From positions 43,648-107,647 of the forward strand of contig NIVC01000787.1 in the NCBI GenBank assembly GCA_002269645.1: 64,000 nt of DNA. The letters are read 5' to 3'. How positions within the stretch are numbered: the stretch's first letter is position 1; the number at the start of each line of letters is the position of its first letter. A program made the translations under genes and the position numbers. Positions 61,243 through 64,000 of the stretch are shown here, piece by piece. This DNA is from Macrostomum lignano (lineage: Eukaryota). The notes under the pieces were generated by a model that saw only the letters and a program-made list of their open reading frames with translations, made no database searches and had not been told where the DNA came from.

Positions 61243-62752
61243 TACACACTTAGAGATTCAACTTGTCGCTATAATTGGCATTCAATGTACACAATATATA
61301 TGTAGTTTGCATATGCATGCTTCAATGTACAAGTACATAAATGTAGATACTAATGCTCATTTTAATTTTACTTTATGTTTAACCTTGCCAAGCTCTAATA
61401 ATTATTTTTGCTTCCTTGCTAAAGCCTAAAATTGGCATTATCACTTCTATAACCCAGGGGAGGCAACAAAGTATATGGCCATGGATTTCTCCTTGCTCTA
61501 CCTGCAGGGACTTAACCAACCGTTGAATCATAACCCCATACAATCTAAGCTAGAGCCGCCAGCCGTCCAGCCGCAAGCCATCCAGTAGCAGGTAGAGCTG
61601 GTTGCAAAGCTTATCCTAGCTAAATTGTACACTATTGACGCAGGCCCCTTTGAAGAGCCACAATGGCTGCAAGAGTGTGAGCTCAACCTGCTAAGGCCTG
61701 AGCCCTATCAGTTTCTGACCGAGCTTCAAGGAGAGATGTTTCACCGCATTACAAGTGCCACAAATGGAGTTGCTGCACAAGGAAGCCAAGCTTGTGCCAG
61801 TTTAAGCCTCCCTGGTACGTGAGCAAGGAGCCCAAGAGTGTTAGTGCAAGTTGTGTTACTAGCAGCTGCAGGAGTCTGCAGAGTGCAACTGGGCTAAATA
61901 TTGAGCTGGTGAACTCTCCTTTCACAGCTTCCTGCTTAGCTGCTTTCACCTAGGTCACATCCTTGGTTTGGCGGTCAAGTACAAAGCCATCAGTGAGTAT
62001 ATATTAAATGTATGTAAGTTCTTGCTTGATTTTAAAAATCAGCCATGGAATTATTCTGTTTAGAAAAAATCATACTTGCAATTGTGCAACTTTGAAATTT
62101 TACTTAGCTACATTTTTTGCTTAATACTAGCTGGTACTATTAATTCTGCAGTAATTTAAATGTATAGGTATTAATGCTATTCTCTTTGTGCTTTGTGAAC
62201 TTTGTGATTTTTGTGCCTACATATAGCTACAAATTACAGTATTAAATGACTATCTTTATGGGTCGTAACTCTGCCATTGTCTGATCCAAGCCCAGAATGT
62301 GAAAGGAGGAAGGCGCCTAAATTTAGATACATATACATGTATAATGTTTAGTCTTTATCTTTATATAGTTATATAGTCATACAAGCGCAACCTCCAAAAT
62401 TTGGTCAGCCATGCAACTTAGTTTAACAAAAAATGCGACGTAGTTTTTGGCCAAAAATGTGACTTACCTGTGAAAAAACCCTATAGCAAAATTAACGCAA
62501 CTTTGGGTAAACGGCAGGAGTAACTATGACTGTCTTTTAAGGGCTAAATGCCTTGTCATCTAATTTGTACTACGTCTGTAATCTTTGGGTGGGCATTTTT
62601 GCAACTTACCTTGGTTGGCTGCCAAATCGATCAACCGGATTGGCCAACTCGGCTGACTGTTGCGCATGTATGTATATAGTTATGTAGTTGCATGTACCAG
62701 TATTCATGTTACATATAGCAAAGTTTTTTATACAAAAAGTGGATAACAAAGT

Positions 62753-63449
62753 GGGTCCATGAGAATTACCACAGACAAATTGCCTGCCGAGATTTGCCCG
62801 CAGGAGATTTGCAGTAGAGATTTGCCACCAAGCTTTTCCCGTGGAGATTTGCCTGCAGTGCATTTTGCCTGTATGAGCAAATTGCCCATGGAGATTTGCC
62901 TGCCAAGATTTACCCGCAGTGCAATTTGCCTGCAAGTGAATTGCCGCAAGCGAATTGCCGCCGAGTTTTTTCCCGCCGAGGTTTGCCCGCAATGCTTTTT
63001 TTCTGCAGCGCATTTAGCAACGCAGCAGATTTTGTCTGCATTGCCTTTCCATGCTTAGTACGTGTTAATCTCAATAGAGATTTACACGATCAAAACGTTT
63101 TGATAGTAACTATATATCAAATGCATATTTTTTTTGGAGGGAGGGGGCAATGTAGACAGAATCTAGCTGCCAAATGTGCTGCAGGAAAAAAGCATTGAGG
63201 GCCAAACCTTGGCGGGAAAAAACTTGGCGGCAACTTGCTTGTGGGCAAATTGCACTGCGGGCAAATCTTGGCAGACAATTCTCGGCGGGCAAATCTCCAC
63301 GGGCAATTTGCTCACGGGCAAAATGCACTACGGGCAAATCTCCGCAGGAAAAGCTTGGCAGGCAAATCTCCATGGGCAAATCTCGGCAGGCAAATCTCCA
63401 TGGGCAAATCTCGGCAGACAATTCATCTGTGGACATTTCTTGTGCTCCC
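62753..63449. mobile_element. Non-autonomous Mutator/foldback-type element
   Basis: About 290-bp inverted arms made of short GAGATTTGCC/GGCAAATCTC units around an AT-rich spacer. Termini GGGTCCATGAGAAT / ATTTCTTGTGCTCCC; perfect 9-bp TSD TAACAAAGT at 62744-62752 and 63450-63458. Confidence 0.85.
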
Positions 63450-64000
63450 TAACAAAGTGTCTAGGGAGTAGATGATAAAGTGTCCACATTAGTTTTATGG
63501 ATAACAAAGCAGTAGATGACAGTGTCCAATAATAAGAGTGGATAATGAAGTGCGTTAGATGACAAAGTGTCTAGGAACCTTATATATATACCTCACAGAA
63601 TAATTTAGTTTATTACTTATGATTTGAGTACAGTAGGCCTATAACAAAATAACTTTGTTGATATTTTGTATTTATAGGCTTTTATTTTGACGAACTTTTA
63701 GGAGCTTTAAAATCTTAGGAGAAGAAGGATTTATAGGAGCAACTATCTTGTCAGTGTGTCATGCAGATAAGAAGAAAATTATTCCCATGGCATATAAAGA
63801 AGATAAGAGCAGCTGTTTTGTCAGCTGTGCCATGCAGATAAGCAGAAAATTATTCCTTATCTGATCTGCATAATACTGTTGGAATAAGACAAAATTATTC
63901 CTATGGTACTATAGGGATAAGCACAGCCTAAGATTATATATCTTTAGGGTATCTATGCGAAATTCAATATCAATTTCCAGGTTTTTCCAGGTTAAAATAA

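Larger units (their letters stand above)
59704..63579. mobile_element. MULE-like TIR element nested in the outer element
   Basis: TIR GGTTCTTGGACACTTCGTCATCTAA versus TTAGATGACAAAGTGTCTAGGAACC; subterminal GACACTTTGTCATC motifs at both ends; 9-bp flanks CTATACATA / TTATATATA (7/9 match). Confidence 0.6.
59439..63941. mobile_element. Outer foldback/TIR element with inverted arms of about 250 bp
   Basis: ATATAATCTTAGGCAATGCTTATCCCTAAGGTACCGTAGGAATAATTTCTGTCTTATTCCAA (59441-59500) matches the reverse complement of 63880-63941. Internal GGAATAATTTTCTGCTTAT...GCTGCTC units are also inverted (59510-59700 versus 63740-63860). Confidence 0.65.

Overview
Eukaryotic (animal) genomic DNA. GC-rich exons, homopolymeric Gln/Ala runs and minisatellite-filled introns suggest a flatworm such as Macrostomum (inference only). 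Host genes I could assemble by hand: a 12-exon IQGAP (minus, 55923-41099), a 4-exon cathepsin C (minus, 38936-34818, C-terminus apparently missing), a 2-exon Ly6/uPAR GPI-anchored protein (plus, 31059-32346), an intronless Gln-rich ORF (minus, 29207-27735) and a probably decayed PAN/apple + fibrinogen-domain gene (minus, 19555-18258). The rest is transposon debris and tandem repeats. This includes two 5'-truncated LINEs, a SAP-domain DIRS/Ngaro-like gag, an internally deleted THAP/P-element with 108-bp TIRs and a related MITE, a deleted Harbinger, hAT MITEs, two tRNA-derived SINEs and a nested stack (foldback > MULE-like > mariner + foldback MULE) at 59.4-63.9 kb. Most striking observations: (i) the cathepsin C exon-2 splice donor is tandemly copied five times in frame (36-bp unit, [12 protein letters not shown]); (ii) all 11 IQGAP introns, all 3 cathepsin C introns and the Ly6 intron each carry their own unrelated tandem repeat, several rich in AG|GT motifs. 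Most long ORFs in the supplied track are artefacts of these repeats.
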